Shown here: positions 8,468 through 18,429 of the stretch, piece after piece
Layout: the number at the start of each line of letters is the position of its first letter
Numbering within the stretch: position 1 is the first letter of the stretch
Sequence record: PZ386948.1
DNA from: a phage
DNA length: 64,000 bases
Strand: one strand, 5' to 3'
Position numbers and translations under genes: made by a program
Notes under the pieces: model-generated
What the model saw: the letters and a program-made list of their open reading frames with translations, nothing else
The model's database searches: none
What the model was told of the DNA's origin: nothing

Positions 8468-10281
8468 TGGTGTTTAACCCTATGCATGATTTCTTTATTT
8501 TTACCGAGATTAAATCCGCGTTCGTTCGGATTTCCCAAATAACCACATGTTCTTCTTATTGTGTTCATCTTTTTAGGATCAGTTTCTCCACAAATAGAAC
8601 AAACAAATCCGTTTTCAGTAGGAGTCATTTCATGGGTACTTCCACATGTAAAACATTTATCTACTGGCATATTAACACCAAAATAATCTAAATGTTGTGC
8701 AGCATAATCCCATACGGCCTCAAGACCCTTTAAGTTATTTTTCATATCAGGAAGTTCAACATAAGAAATGTGACCACCTGTCGCAATGAAATGATATGGC
8801 GCTTCACGAGAAATCTTTTCAAACGGAGTAATATTTTCTTCTACTGAAACGTGGAAACTGTTAGTGTACCAGCCTTTATCGGTAACATCTTTTACACTTC
8901 CATATTTTTCTGTATCAAGTTTACAGAAGCGATAACAAAGGTTTTCAGCAGGAGTCGAATATAAACTAAAAGCAAATCCAGTTCTTTCAGTCCACTGTTT
9001 AAGATGAGCATTCATTTTAGTTAAAATTTCTTGTCCAATATCACGACCGACAAGAATATTCAATTCGTGAATACCAATGTATCCTAGGGACACTGAACTT
9101 CTACCGTTTTTAAATAACTCAATTATGTCGTCATCAGGTTTAAGACGAACCCCGAATGCACCTTCTTGGTAAAGAATAGGAGCAACAGTAGCTTTAACTC
9201 CTTTTAAGGAACTAATTCTACACATCAATGCTTCAAAACATAAATCCATTCGTTCATTGAACAATTCAACAAATTTCTGTTCATTGAATTGTGTTCCAAT
9301 ATAAGAATCTAACGCGATGCGAGGAAGATTCAATGTTACAACACCAAGATTATTACGTCCATCAAGAATTTCATTGCCAGTCGAATCTTTCCATACGCTC
9401 AAGAAACTACGGCATCCCATCGGAGAAACAGGAACAGATGAACCAGTGATAGCTTTATTGTTCTTAGCCGAAATGATGTCAGGATACATTCTTTTGCTTG
9501 CGCACTCTAAAGCAAGCTGCTTAATATCATAGTTCGGGTCGTCTTTATAAAGATTAACACCTTCTTCAACGAACATAACAAGCTTAGGGAAAATAGGAGT
9601 TATCCCATCACGACCAAGACCTTTAATACGATTTTTCAGAATTGCTTTCTGAATCATTCGTTCAGTCCAGTCAGTTCCCGTACCAAATGTAATTGTTACA
9701 AAAGGCGTTTGTCCGTTTGAACTAAAGAGAGTATTTACTTCATATTCATAAGCTTGGAATGCATCGTATACGTCTTTTTCTGTTTTAGATTGAGCATAAT
9801 TTAACGCATCAGCGATTTGCCATTTTTCTGCATCCTCAATATGTTTTGCATAGGTGCGTTTAACATAAGGAGAAAGTACTTTATCTACATTAGCAAAAGT
9901 CGTTCCGCCGTATTGATGGGAAGCAACCTGTGCAGTAATTTGTGCCATAATTGCAGTAGCAACACCGATTGATTTAGGAGTTTCAATCTGTGCATTACCA
10001 AGCTTAAATCCATTCTCAAGCATTCCTTTTAAATCTACTAAACAACAATTAGTAAATGGAAGAGCAGGGGAATAATCAATATCGTGGAAATGAATAATTC
10101 CGCTTTCATGCGCTTTCATAATAAAAGACGGGACCATATTTTTGGCAATGTGTTTAGACACAATACCAGCCATAAGGTCCCGTTGAGTTGGAAAAACACG
10201 AGAATCTTTATTAGCATTCTCGTTTAAAAGGTCTTTATTAGTTTTATGAATCAATCCTTCAATTTCTTTTTCAATTGTCAT
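8464..10281 (-). CDS. nrdD: Anaerobic ribonucleoside-triphosphate reductase, uninterrupted
   Basis: 605 aa; C-terminal glycyl-radical motif RRTCGYLG and Zn-ribbon cysteines; continuous ORF with no intron. Confidence 0.95.
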   Translation of the reverse strand: MTIEKEIEGLIHKTNKDLLNENANKDSRVFPTQRDLMAGIVSKHIAKNMVPSFIMKAHESGIIHFHDIDYSPALPFTNCCLVDLKGMLENGFKLGNAQIETPKSIGVATAIMAQITAQVASHQYGGTTFANVDKVLSPYVKRTYAKHIEDAEKWQIADALNYAQSKTEKDVYDAFQAYEYEVNTLFSSNGQTPFVTITFGTGTDWTERMIQKAILKNRIKGLGRDGITPIFPKLVMFVEEGVNLYKDDPNYDIKQLALECASKRMYPDIISAKNNKAITGSSVPVSPMGCRSFLSVWKDSTGNEILDGRNNLGVVTLNLPRIALDSYIGTQFNEQKFVELFNERMDLCFEALMCRISSLKGVKATVAPILYQEGAFGVRLKPDDDIIELFKNGRSSVSLGYIGIHELNILVGRDIGQEILTKMNAHLKQWTERTGFAFSLYSTPAENLCYRFCKLDTEKYGSVKDVTDKGWYTNSFHVSVEENITPFEKISREAPYHFIATGGHISYVELPDMKNNLKGLEAVWDYAAQHLDYFGVNMPVDKCFTCGSTHEMTPTENGFVCSICGETDPKKMNTIRRTCGYLGNPNERGFNLGKNKEIMHRVKHQ

Positions 10282-10751
10282 TTTAAACTCTTTCTAAGCT
10301 GCTTCTTAAATGAAGCTATTAATTGTGTTTTGGTGTCAGATTCATTATATTCAAATCCTCTTTGAAGCATCTCGGCCATCATTTCCTCTTTTCCTAAACG
10401 AGAAAATTCCTTTGTTTTATCTCCAACAAAGTTAGGGTGAATATTATTTTGGGTGTAATCGGATTTTAAATAAGTAAGTAAATTTTCTAACCATTCAAGA
10501 TAATCAACACCTTGTCCCTTTAAGCCAGAACGATTAAATTTGTGCTTCATTTGACCTTCTGCGGCATTACAGAGATTACAAAGCAATCCACGTACCTTTC
10601 CTGCTTTTGGTCCATTTAATTCATGGTCATGATCAAGATGATTAGCTTGAACATCAGGATTTAGTTCTCGTTGGCAAATTAAGCATTTACCGTTTTGTGC
10701 ATCATAAAATTTCTGTTTTTCTTCTTTATATAATTTGCCAGTCAATAACAT
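10278..10751 (-). CDS. 49: Endonuclease VII (Holliday junction resolvase)
   Basis: 157 aa; MLLTGKLYKEEKQKFYDAQNGKCLICQREL...HLDHDHEL matches T4 gp49 as I recall it. Confidence 0.9.
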   Translation of the reverse strand: MLLTGKLYKEEKQKFYDAQNGKCLICQRELNPDVQANHLDHDHELNGPKAGKVRGLLCNLCNAAEGQMKHKFNRSGLKGQGVDYLEWLENLLTYLKSDYTQNNIHPNFVGDKTKEFSRLGKEEMMAEMLQRGFEYNESDTKTQLIASFKKQLRKSLK

Positions 10752-10792
10752 AATAAACCCTTACCTTAAATAGATAAGGGTATTTATTATTT

Positions 10793-11278
10793 TCAAGTAT
10801 TGTAAAACATTTGATGCAATCGCTTATATTGCCGAATCTTTTGGTCAGAAAAAGAAATTTGGGTTTCAAGCCATTCAATATATTCTGCCGCAGCTTGCAT
10901 CAAATTTCCTTCATAGCCATCGTTATTTTCTTGTGCAGCTAATTTAGCTAATGCGTATGAAATACGTTCACCCTGAAAATCGGCTTTAGGCTTCTGAACA
11001 ACTTGATTAGTTCGCTCTACAACTTCTTCAATTTCGCCATTTTCGACTGATTCAGTATTCCACAAACACCAATACGTAATTGGCTTATCGTAGATGTTAA
11101 TAATCTTTCCATCAGAAAGTTCAATTTCAATAATTCCAGTATCAGGTTCTATATCATCTTCACATTCTTTTGCAAGTTCACGAACCTTAAAGACAGTACC
11201 TGCACTAAGTTCCGGCCAGTAATTACACAGCCCTGTATCAGCACGATTAATTCTAAACCACTTATCTACTGTAATCAT
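10793..11278 (-). CDS. pin: Protease inhibitor Pin-like protein
   Basis: 161 aa from ATG at 11278; position between 49 and nrdC as in T4. Confidence 0.6.
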   Translation of the reverse strand: MITVDKWFRINRADTGLCNYWPELSAGTVFKVRELAKECEDDIEPDTGIIEIELSDGKIINIYDKPITYWCLWNTESVENGEIEEVVERTNQVVQKPKADFQGERISYALAKLAAQENNDGYEGNLMQAAAEYIEWLETQISFSDQKIRQYKRLHQMFYNT

Positions 11279-11401
11279 GTCCCATCTCCATATCAATTAA
11301 GTCATTTATCGTTGGTTCATTATATACTGTTTCTTCATCAGTGTAAACCGGTTCTTCCGGCTCTGGCTCTACAGTTTCCCATCTAGCCGCCCACCAAGGT
11401 T

Positions 11402-11722
11402 TTATAGCGTAATCCATTCTCGTACTGTCTGAGTTACTACACGTTCATGGGGCTCGACTAGTTCAACAGTCGGAACTGCATAATACCAGTCAGAATGATA
11501 AGAACCTGACCGAGATTCATTTACCGCTACATGTACATTATGTTTTGGACTAAAGTAAACAAACTGACGATATTGGCATTTACCATCTTGCACCCAGTCT
11601 TCTATTTCGATAGGTTTAAGATAGTCGGAAAAATCGAAATCATAGTTTTCCGAAAATGCATCATGGTCTTCAATGATTTCGCTCAGAACTGCATCAACAT
11701 CTAATTTATTTTCAATAGTCAT
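11402..11722 (-). CDS. Hypothetical protein
   Basis: 106-aa ORF. Confidence 0.5.
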   Translation of the reverse strand: MTIENKLDVDAVLSEIIEDHDAFSENYDFDFSDYLKPIEIEDWVQDGKCQYRQFVYFSPKHNVHVAVNESRSGSYHSDWYYAVPTVELVEPHERVVTQTVREWITL

Positions 11723-11732
11723 TTTTCACCAA

Positions 11733-11903
11733 TTAATTTCGCAATTTATTAAGTTCTTCATAATCAATCCAGGATTCTAATCCTGATGGCAAATCACATT
11801 CAATTTCCCAAAGAAGTTCTTCAATTTTATGAAGACGATCTAGTTCTTCAGCAGGAATAGTAACCATTGACGGAGCTCTTGCTACATTAATATCGTAAAT
11901 CAT
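11733..11903 (-). CDS. Hypothetical small protein
   Basis: ATG at 11903 (MIYDINV...); track ORF begins earlier. Confidence 0.4.
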   Translation of the reverse strand: MIYDINVARAPSMVTIPAEELDRLHKIEELLWEIECDLPSGLESWIDYEELNKLRN

Positions 11904-11905
11904 AT

Positions 11906-12121
11906 TTACACCAGTTTGACCATACAATCGCCGTATTTCCACTTAGAAATAGACTTTTCACCATTAGAATAATAAACTTCAAGTTTAGCACGATTATTTT
12001 TAATTTGAATAACCTTTGCTGTCATCAAAGTTCCATACCCATAATAAACTGCAACTTCATCACCTACATATACAGCGCTTCCGCGGTAATCGTGAATATA
12101 GTCAGTTCCTTCGAGCATCAT
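11906..12121 (-). CDS. Hypothetical protein
   Basis: 71-aa ORF. Confidence 0.5.
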   Translation of the reverse strand: MMLEGTDYIHDYRGSAVYVGDEVAVYYGYGTLMTAKVIQIKNNRAKLEVYYSNGEKSISKWKYGDCMVKLV

Positions 12122-12381
12122 TTAAAATATTCTCGCAGTTGGTCAAATCCACCAATATGACTTCCATCAGGAGCAAATACCTGAGGCATTGTCAAGCCGA
12201 TTTGAGTATCACGACCTAGTTTAGTCAGAAGCTCAGCGATTTTCTCATCATCAAAAACACCTTTTTCCGGCATAATGTTGATAAATTCAAACGGCTGTTT
12301 CTTCACGGTCAAAAGACGTTTTGCATTATCGCAATACACACATTTATGAATGTTGCTATCATAACCATATACTTTAAACAT
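12118..12381 (-). CDS. nrdC: Thioredoxin/glutaredoxin
   Basis: 87 aa; CVYC redox motif; MFKVYGYDSNIHKCVYCDNAKRLL... Confidence 0.9.
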   Translation of the reverse strand: MFKVYGYDSNIHKCVYCDNAKRLLTVKKQPFEFINIMPEKGVFDDEKIAELLTKLGRDTQIGLTMPQVFAPDGSHIGGFDQLREYFK

Positions 12382-12382
12382 A

Positions 12383-12625
12383 TTATTCCTTAATTCCTAG
12401 TACTTGTTTAAAAGTCTCGTCGTAATCAAGACTTTGGCCCGTTTGTTCTTTATGTTTGTATATAATATCACTTACTTCTGATAGCATATTTTTATATGAA
12501 CGAGTTAAAGCAGATTTAAGCACGCTGTATCTATCAGGAAATTTACCATGTTCATTATAATAAGCTATTGCTAATTCATGGACTGCCTTTTCAGCAGCCT
12601 CCATATATTCTTTACGCTTGGTCAT
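12383..12625 (-). CDS. Hypothetical protein
   Basis: 80-aa ORF. Confidence 0.5.
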   Translation of the reverse strand: MTKRKEYMEAAEKAVHELAIAYYNEHGKFPDRYSVLKSALTRSYKNMLSEVSDIIYKHKEQTGQSLDYDETFKQVLGIKE

Positions 12626-12627
12626 TT

Positions 12628-13017
12628 TTAATCCAAAATATTATTAGGCATTGGTTGAACACTCACAAGTTCTTTAAAGAACTCAGTAGAGTCAGGCAAT
12701 TTAACCATTTCCGGAGCATGCTTACTGAATTTATGTTTACATTGACGGCATTTATATTCAAGCTCTGGTTTACGCCAGTTAATCAATTGAACTTGTTCAG
12801 TACCGCATTCAGGGCAATTAGGAACGTTTTTAGAAGCTCTTTCACGTCGTTCAACCATAGCCATAATAGCATCCCATGCTGGAGGTTTAAAATCTAAATC
12901 GTCGCAGCCGTGAATCTTTCCACGCATTTCCATATCATCTTCCTCACCAGCCATAATAATTTTAATTAGACTAGAATTACTTGAAGCTGCAATATCTTCT
13001 AATAAACGCTTTTTCAT
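12628..13017 (-). CDS. Hypothetical protein with Zn-ribbon-like CxxC...CxxC
   Basis: 129 aa; CPECGTEQ...CRQCKHKF. Confidence 0.5.
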   Translation of the reverse strand: MKKRLLEDIAASSNSSLIKIIMAGEEDDMEMRGKIHGCDDLDFKPPAWDAIMAMVERRERASKNVPNCPECGTEQVQLINWRKPELEYKCRQCKHKFSKHAPEMVKLPDSTEFFKELVSVQPMPNNILD

Positions 13018-13940
13018 TTCAGTACCTCAATAGCATCACGTAAACCATTTGCTTTGGCGGTTAAAGCCTTAAGAACTTTAGTATGCTCTTCAATTTGTTT
13101 TTCAACTTCAATCAAACGAGCATTGAGATATTCGCGTTCTTCTTTCATAGTATCATTTCCATGATTAGATTTTGGTGTAGGTTTAAATTCACTAGGGTCC
13201 TTTAATTTAATAACAAATTTAGTTTCAAACAGTGAAAGACCATAATTCGTATTATCATCAAAGGATTTGACTACATCCATATCAGATAATAACACGCGCA
13301 AATTATAAGCCAAAGAACTAATAGTTTCATTGTGTTTATTAGCTTCGCGTGGTTTCATATACGGAAGATTTTTATATATCTCATGCGGAGCGCAAACGAT
13401 AATTGACAATTCAAATTGTCCATTCTGGGACGATGGAATGAATTTAGCCGTAACCCAGTCTTTTACATTCACATTAATAGTACGGTTATCACCATGACAA
13501 AACAGTCTACGAGAATGCTTAAAAAGCATATTCACGTTATTATTGAATTCGTGTGAAAATTCACTAGCAAATTTTTCTTTACTATCTTTAGAAAACCATT
13601 CTTCTAAATAAGTTCTTTTCACATCGTTAATAATATTAAATGTAACAACACTAGCATTTGATACATTAGTCTCAATGTAGCTTGGATACATAAATTTTTT
13701 AACATTATTAACAGCTATCACAGAAGATAGTAATCGGGAACGTTTGAACCACTCGAGCAAAGAACCAAGAGAATGTGAATACGCATTTTGTGTATCTTTA
13801 CAAATATGGTTTTCCCATCCAATATAGTCTAAAAAATCACGAAGAATATTATTGATTACTGCTCTGTGTCCTATCTGATAATCACGATGTTTAGTAATAA
13901 GACTGTCAAAATAATCAATATAATGTTTACGAGTTTTCAT
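13014..13940 (-). CDS. Hypothetical protein, paralog family member D (C-terminal coiled coil)
   Basis: 308 aa; shares SRLLS and C-terminal heptad-repeat tail with ORFs 13995-14993, 15051-16070 and 16079-16981. Confidence 0.6.
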   Translation of the reverse strand: MKTRKHYIDYFDSLITKHRDYQIGHRAVINNILRDFLDYIGWENHICKDTQNAYSHSLGSLLEWFKRSRLLSSVIAVNNVKKFMYPSYIETNVSNASVVTFNIINDVKRTYLEEWFSKDSKEKFASEFSHEFNNNVNMLFKHSRRLFCHGDNRTINVNVKDWVTAKFIPSSQNGQFELSIIVCAPHEIYKNLPYMKPREANKHNETISSLAYNLRVLLSDMDVVKSFDDNTNYGLSLFETKFVIKLKDPSEFKPTPKSNHGNDTMKEEREYLNARLIEVEKQIEEHTKVLKALTAKANGLRDAIEVLK

Positions 13941-13994
13941 GTTCTTCTCACTTGGTTAATGATTTATACTCCGAGCCATCCTTGGCTTTAAATT

Positions 13995-14993
13995 TTACTT
14001 AATTAACTGTAAAGCTTGTTCAAGACGATCCAAGCGATTGACAGATTCTTCCCAAATCCTTTTAGCCTGCTCATATTCTTTCTGCGCTTTATTAGAAATT
14101 TCTAGAACTTCTTTATAAGCTTTTTCTAATGCAATAACTTCTGGACGAATTTCTACCGGTTCAGGTGAATCATCAAGACATTCCATTAGTTCCTCAAGGG
14201 TAGTTTCTTCTTTAGGAGTATTCACAATTTCATCACATTTTTGTTGGTAAATTTCTTTACTAGTAGGTGAATAAGTACATTTCACTTCACGAAGACTAAC
14301 TACAATTTTATATCCTTCCCAACCGCATATATTCTTAAAAGGATATGTATGAATATTTTCTACTGTTTCCATACAGCCCAAAACCGCCTTTAATTGATAA
14401 GTTATAGTGCTAGCAATTGAGAAAAATTTATTAATATTCTTTTGGTTAGCGTTTGGTGTAAAAAATCCATAATTCACAAAAATAGCTACTTTATTTTCAT
14501 CAAGCTCATATTCTTTTACGATAATCATATCAGAAGCCAAAGGATGAATTTGACGATAATCGCCATAACATAATTTAGAAGCTGATTTTAGAATTTGTCC
14601 TTTGAAAAGTCTGAAATTACTAATCCAACGACGAGTAAAAATATTCTCAGGGGCTTCTTTATTAAGATGATAAGAATTAACATCACCGAACCAATTATAT
14701 CCTACTACATCTTTAGTTCGTTTAATTTCTTTCCCAAATTTACTAAGAATATCTCTGTTGACTAAGTATGAAAGAAGACGAGACCCTTTAAAGGTTTTCT
14801 TAATGTCATCTTTATCTACACGGCTAGAAATTTCACGAACTTCATGAATAAATTTGCCGGAAGAAACAATACTTGCATCAGTATTATTGAGCCATTGATT
14901 GATAATAGAAATCACACTATTCTTACTAGACATAGGTTTAACTTTATCATCAATAACGCTATTGAATGATTTGATATATTCGTTACGAGTCAT
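13995..14993 (-). CDS. Hypothetical protein, paralog family member C
   Basis: ATG at 14993 with GGAGG RBS; the track N-terminal extension overlaps the promoter. Confidence 0.6.
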   Translation of the reverse strand: MTRNEYIKSFNSVIDDKVKPMSSKNSVISIINQWLNNTDASIVSSGKFIHEVREISSRVDKDDIKKTFKGSRLLSYLVNRDILSKFGKEIKRTKDVVGYNWFGDVNSYHLNKEAPENIFTRRWISNFRLFKGQILKSASKLCYGDYRQIHPLASDMIIVKEYELDENKVAIFVNYGFFTPNANQKNINKFFSIASTITYQLKAVLGCMETVENIHTYPFKNICGWEGYKIVVSLREVKCTYSPTSKEIYQQKCDEIVNTPKEETTLEELMECLDDSPEPVEIRPEVIALEKAYKEVLEISNKAQKEYEQAKRIWEESVNRLDRLEQALQLIK

Positions 14994-15020
14994 AATAATC
15001 TCCTCAGTAGAAAGTAAGAA

Positions 15021-15050
15021 CATTATACCACATCCTTGTGGCAAAGTAAA
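15021..15050 (-). promoter_or_regulatory. T4-type early promoter
   Basis: Minus strand GTTTAC (15045-15050), 18-bp spacer, TATAAT (15021-15026). Confidence 0.65.
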
Positions 15051-16070
15051 CTAGTTCAGTGCATTTAGTGCATTGTTCAGTTTAGAACGTTGCTTCGTGA
15101 GATTTTTGACTTTTTCTTGAGCTTTTTCTAGCATCTTTTCAGCTTCTAGCACTTCATTGGTCGCTTTAACGAGTTCATCATCTACTGCCTTGATAGACTT
15201 CTCAATCGCATCCGCGTGCCATTTTTCAACAGGTTTAAGACTCGGATTTTCAATAGGAAGAAAATTCACTTTATTGAATTTCCATGCATCTTTATTACCT
15301 GAACTATACATCCAAAATTTAGGATCGTTTGATGAGTAATTAGATGAATTTAAGTTATCTTGCACTTCTTGCTTTTTCTCTTGCGGGACTTCGTCCTTTC
15401 TCAAAAAATCGTATTTAAATGAAACGATCATATCAAGTTCATATGTTGTTGTATGTTCCCAATTTCGCTCAAAACGAGGTAAAATCTTAGAATGAACAGC
15501 GGCAACAACATCCATATACTTAAATGCTTCTGTCAACTGCGATTTAAGGCATTCGCAAATTGAAAGAGAATTTTTTGTATTAGGTTTAAAGCTAATTCGT
15601 GCAGTTCTATTATTTTCTTTTAATGGTCTTACTTCCATCTGAAGAGTATAACCATCAAATTTCAGGTTCTTTAAGTTAATATCAGAACCTTTTAATCGAC
15701 TAGCCGTCGACAAAATTTGCTTTAATTGTTTACGGAATAGAGCAATAAATCTCCATTCAATACGATAATGATTTGGATTGAAAAATCCAGATGATAAATC
15801 GACCTTACTCTGACCAACACCTTGAACAAACAGAGGATTTTTATAATCAATAGTTTTACAGAAATCGGTGAGCTGCTCACGAGCAGTCATTTGTGTAATA
15901 TATCCCGCTTTACTAAAATGACGTAACCATTCACTGCTATTCATATACTTAAAGTGAATGGAACTATTAACTCTATCAGGGTCTAAATTATTTTGGCACA
16001 AAAATGTCATAACATCACGAGTATAGCTGGCATTACGAACCATATCTTCAATTTGAGAACGAGTTTTCAT
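15051..16070 (-). CDS. Hypothetical protein, paralog family member B
   Basis: 339 aa; QILSTASRL motif shared with member C (QILKSASKL); coiled-coil C-terminus. Confidence 0.6.
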   Translation of the reverse strand: MKTRSQIEDMVRNASYTRDVMTFLCQNNLDPDRVNSSIHFKYMNSSEWLRHFSKAGYITQMTAREQLTDFCKTIDYKNPLFVQGVGQSKVDLSSGFFNPNHYRIEWRFIALFRKQLKQILSTASRLKGSDINLKNLKFDGYTLQMEVRPLKENNRTARISFKPNTKNSLSICECLKSQLTEAFKYMDVVAAVHSKILPRFERNWEHTTTYELDMIVSFKYDFLRKDEVPQEKKQEVQDNLNSSNYSSNDPKFWMYSSGNKDAWKFNKVNFLPIENPSLKPVEKWHADAIEKSIKAVDDELVKATNEVLEAEKMLEKAQEKVKNLTKQRSKLNNALNALN

Positions 16071-16078
16071 AGTGTTCC

Positions 16079-16981
16079 TTAAGATTTAAGTAAATCAACA
16101 ATTTTAATTAATTTTTCACGCTCAGATTTAGCTTTACTACTCAATCCAGATAGTCTGAAAATTTCATCGTCATATTGTTGAATAGAAATATTCAGCTCTT
16201 CAATTTGCTTATTAAAATAATCAATTTGTTCAGAATGTTTTTCGTTACTACGAACTGGTACAGGTTTTGTAGGCAATTTAGTTGAACTGGATTCATCCGG
16301 GCGATAAATTAAAATACAACTTGAACCAATAGGGCATTTAGCACCAGATGAATATTCTAACGTTCCAGCTTCTTTTAAAACTTCAAAAGCTAAACAGAGA
16401 TGATGCCCCATATTAACATAATCTGTAGAGCGAGCTCTGATATAATAATCATCGCCGCGAATACTAAATTTAAAGCATTTAAGGTCTTCTGTATTATTGG
16501 TCTTAAAAATCATTTGTTTATCTAGACCTTTAGCTAATCGAGCGCCTAATGCTAATAATCGTCGTTGATTTTCCCACAAATCCGCAATCATTTGATCGAA
16601 TGATAATTTCGGCATTAGTCGACCATAAAGGTCATATCCTTTATTATAATTGCGAAGGATTTCACTCGCATTAATACGAGACAACGCTCCAATTTTATTA
16701 AGGGCTTTCATAATGCGATTAGATAAACCCATTCCAGACCCGTTTGTTCGTTGTAAATGTTTATCTAATCCAAACCCAATATCAACTTTAAATTTATCTA
16801 AAATTTCAGCATGAACATCTCTGTCAATAACATTCAAATCCAAAGTTGGGTTAAATCTATGAAAAAATTTATCTGGCTCTCCACGACGAAGTACAGTCCA
16901 TTCATTTAATTTTTTATTAACTAAAGATTTAATTACTGCATTGACATTATTAATTACTACTGACATATTTTTCTCACTCAA
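16079..16981 (-). CDS. Hypothetical protein, paralog family member A
   Basis: 300 aa; coiled-coil C-terminus. Confidence 0.55.
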   Translation of the reverse strand: MSEKNMSVVINNVNAVIKSLVNKKLNEWTVLRRGEPDKFFHRFNPTLDLNVIDRDVHAEILDKFKVDIGFGLDKHLQRTNGSGMGLSNRIMKALNKIGALSRINASEILRNYNKGYDLYGRLMPKLSFDQMIADLWENQRRLLALGARLAKGLDKQMIFKTNNTEDLKCFKFSIRGDDYYIRARSTDYVNMGHHLCLAFEVLKEAGTLEYSSGAKCPIGSSCILIYRPDESSSTKLPTKPVPVRSNEKHSEQIDYFNKQIEELNISIQQYDDEIFRLSGLSSKAKSEREKLIKIVDLLKS

Positions 16982-17382
16982 TTTTCAATTTTACTAAATA
17001 CACAGAATATGATGGAAAAGACTATATAAGCACAACACACAGATTGAACTAATACCATTCCAAAGAACCAAACAATATTATCAAACAATGTCTGTTTTAC
17101 GTCGAAAGGACGTAAACTTACAGTAATATTATCGCCTTTTTCTATTGATGAATACATCTCTGGTGAAATATATTCGCTAAATCTATAACCGTCATTGAGT
17201 TCATATACGGCAATAAACGATAAACTAGACCCCTTTCCTTGAGTTCCTGTAAGGGTATTAACTACAGTAACATCATAATCTTTATAATGCATATAATCAT
17301 TAATTGCGTAATAACCATATGCAACTACTACACATAAACAACATATCAATAAATTCAATCTTTTAATTATCAACTGTTTCAT
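16978..17382 (-). CDS. Membrane protein (N- and C-terminal TM helices)
   Basis: 134 aa; hydrophobic N- and C-terminal segments. Confidence 0.5.
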   Translation of the reverse strand: MKQLIIKRLNLLICCLCVVVAYGYYAINDYMHYKDYDVTVVNTLTGTQGKGSSLSFIAVYELNDGYRFSEYISPEMYSSIEKGDNITVSLRPFDVKQTLFDNIVWFFGMVLVQSVCCAYIVFSIIFCVFSKIEN

Positions 17383-17437
17383 AATAATCTCAATTAAAAG
17401 GGCTTAGAACCATTATACCATCCTTGGTATAAAGCGG

Positions 17438-17965
17438 TTATGCGAGTACCGTCTTTAACCGTTCTTCAAACTTCCGAAGAGTATTCTGGCGTTCAGCTCT
17501 TTGCTTTTTGTAAGTTTCAATACGCTCTGAAATGAGAGTGTATCGTTCATTTACTGATTCTTTCATAAAATCAGGAATTTCACGAGAAGCTTTAATCTCA
17601 TCAAATTTATCAATAACAGCTTGCTCTTCAGCAATTAAGTTATCATACATCAAAATATCTTTCTTGATGAACTCAATATCTTCTTGAGTTACACGAGATA
17701 ACTTAGATGCTTTATCCTTTTTGTACTGTTCGTTAGTATCACGAGACCAGTGTAATGTACGATTTTTATTCGTATTCTTGTAAATTTCTACAATACCAAT
17801 CTCATCAATAATAACGATCCAATTCCAACGAGATTTGTAAATTTGTCCTCCGTCAACCGTGATTTCACCTCCGATTGAGATGTCATTAAAGAACTTGCTT
17901 TGTGCTTCTGATTTAAATTTACCATCGTTGTAATTTACCAGGTTGAAAATATCTTTAGCGTTCAT
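17438..17965 (-). CDS. Hypothetical protein (coiled-coil C-terminus)
   Basis: ATG at 17965 with GGAGG RBS; track extension (..CGTIQLS..) is translated promoter sequence. Confidence 0.55.
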   Translation of the reverse strand: MNAKDIFNLVNYNDGKFKSEAQSKFFNDISIGGEITVDGGQIYKSRWNWIVIIDEIGIVEIYKNTNKNRTLHWSRDTNEQYKKDKASKLSRVTQEDIEFIKKDILMYDNLIAEEQAVIDKFDEIKASREIPDFMKESVNERYTLISERIETYKKQRAERQNTLRKFEERLKTVLA

Positions 17966-17989
17966 TTTGTGTTCCTCCGTAGTTGATAG

Positions 17990-18025
17990 TTGTATAGTAC
18001 CACAGAGGAACGGTCTTGTAAACAA
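17990..18025 (-). promoter_or_regulatory. Early-promoter repeat
   Basis: GTTTAC (18018-18023) plus the conserved TGTATAGTACCA block seen in several intergenic copies. Confidence 0.5.
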
Positions 18026-18340
18026 CTAAAAGAAACTTCTTTCACAATTTTTTCCACTGAACCACGCACTCACTGCTTTCTTAGTCTCAGGAGCAGTGTT
18101 ATCCATAAACCATTCAAAGGCAGCCTTTTTATGATTCTGGAGGTCTTCTCGGGCTTTAATCTGCTCACGGTCTATTAACACTAACATATGAGCCTTTCTT
18201 GTCACCATGGGCTTCTTATGATTTTTTGAATACTCCCAGTCATTTGTCCATCGCATTGTCGTTGCGAATTGAAATACAGCTTCTTTAATTTTAGTTTCGT
18301 AAATTTCACGAGCCTTTGAGTATAACATCATTACCTCCAT
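18026..18340 (-). CDS. Hypothetical protein
   Basis: 104 aa; GGAGG RBS before the ATG at 18340. Confidence 0.55.
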   Translation of the reverse strand: MEVMMLYSKAREIYETKIKEAVFQFATTMRWTNDWEYSKNHKKPMVTRKAHMLVLIDREQIKAREDLQNHKKAAFEWFMDNTAPETKKAVSAWFSGKNCERSFF

Positions 18341-18429
18341 TTACCAGTTTAATTCTAGTCATCTTTTTGATGGCAGTCCATATAATCTATTTCTGAACTG
18401 CCTTTTTATCTTAGAAGGCCTCTTATGAA

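Noticed and set aside
8464-10281. Group I intron or intein inside nrdD
   Set aside because: The ORF is continuous at the expected 605 codons with an intact glycyl-radical C-terminus; no extra sequence to accommodate an intron.
12568-12897. Plus-strand ORFs of 60-130 aa inside the minus-strand early region (e.g. 1301-1489, 2149-2373, 12568-12897, 23173-23388, 28325-28714, 36702-37001)
   Set aside because: They lie antisense within well-supported minus-strand genes or across tRNA genes, lack RBS, and have low-complexity composition; treated as frame artefacts of AT-rich DNA.
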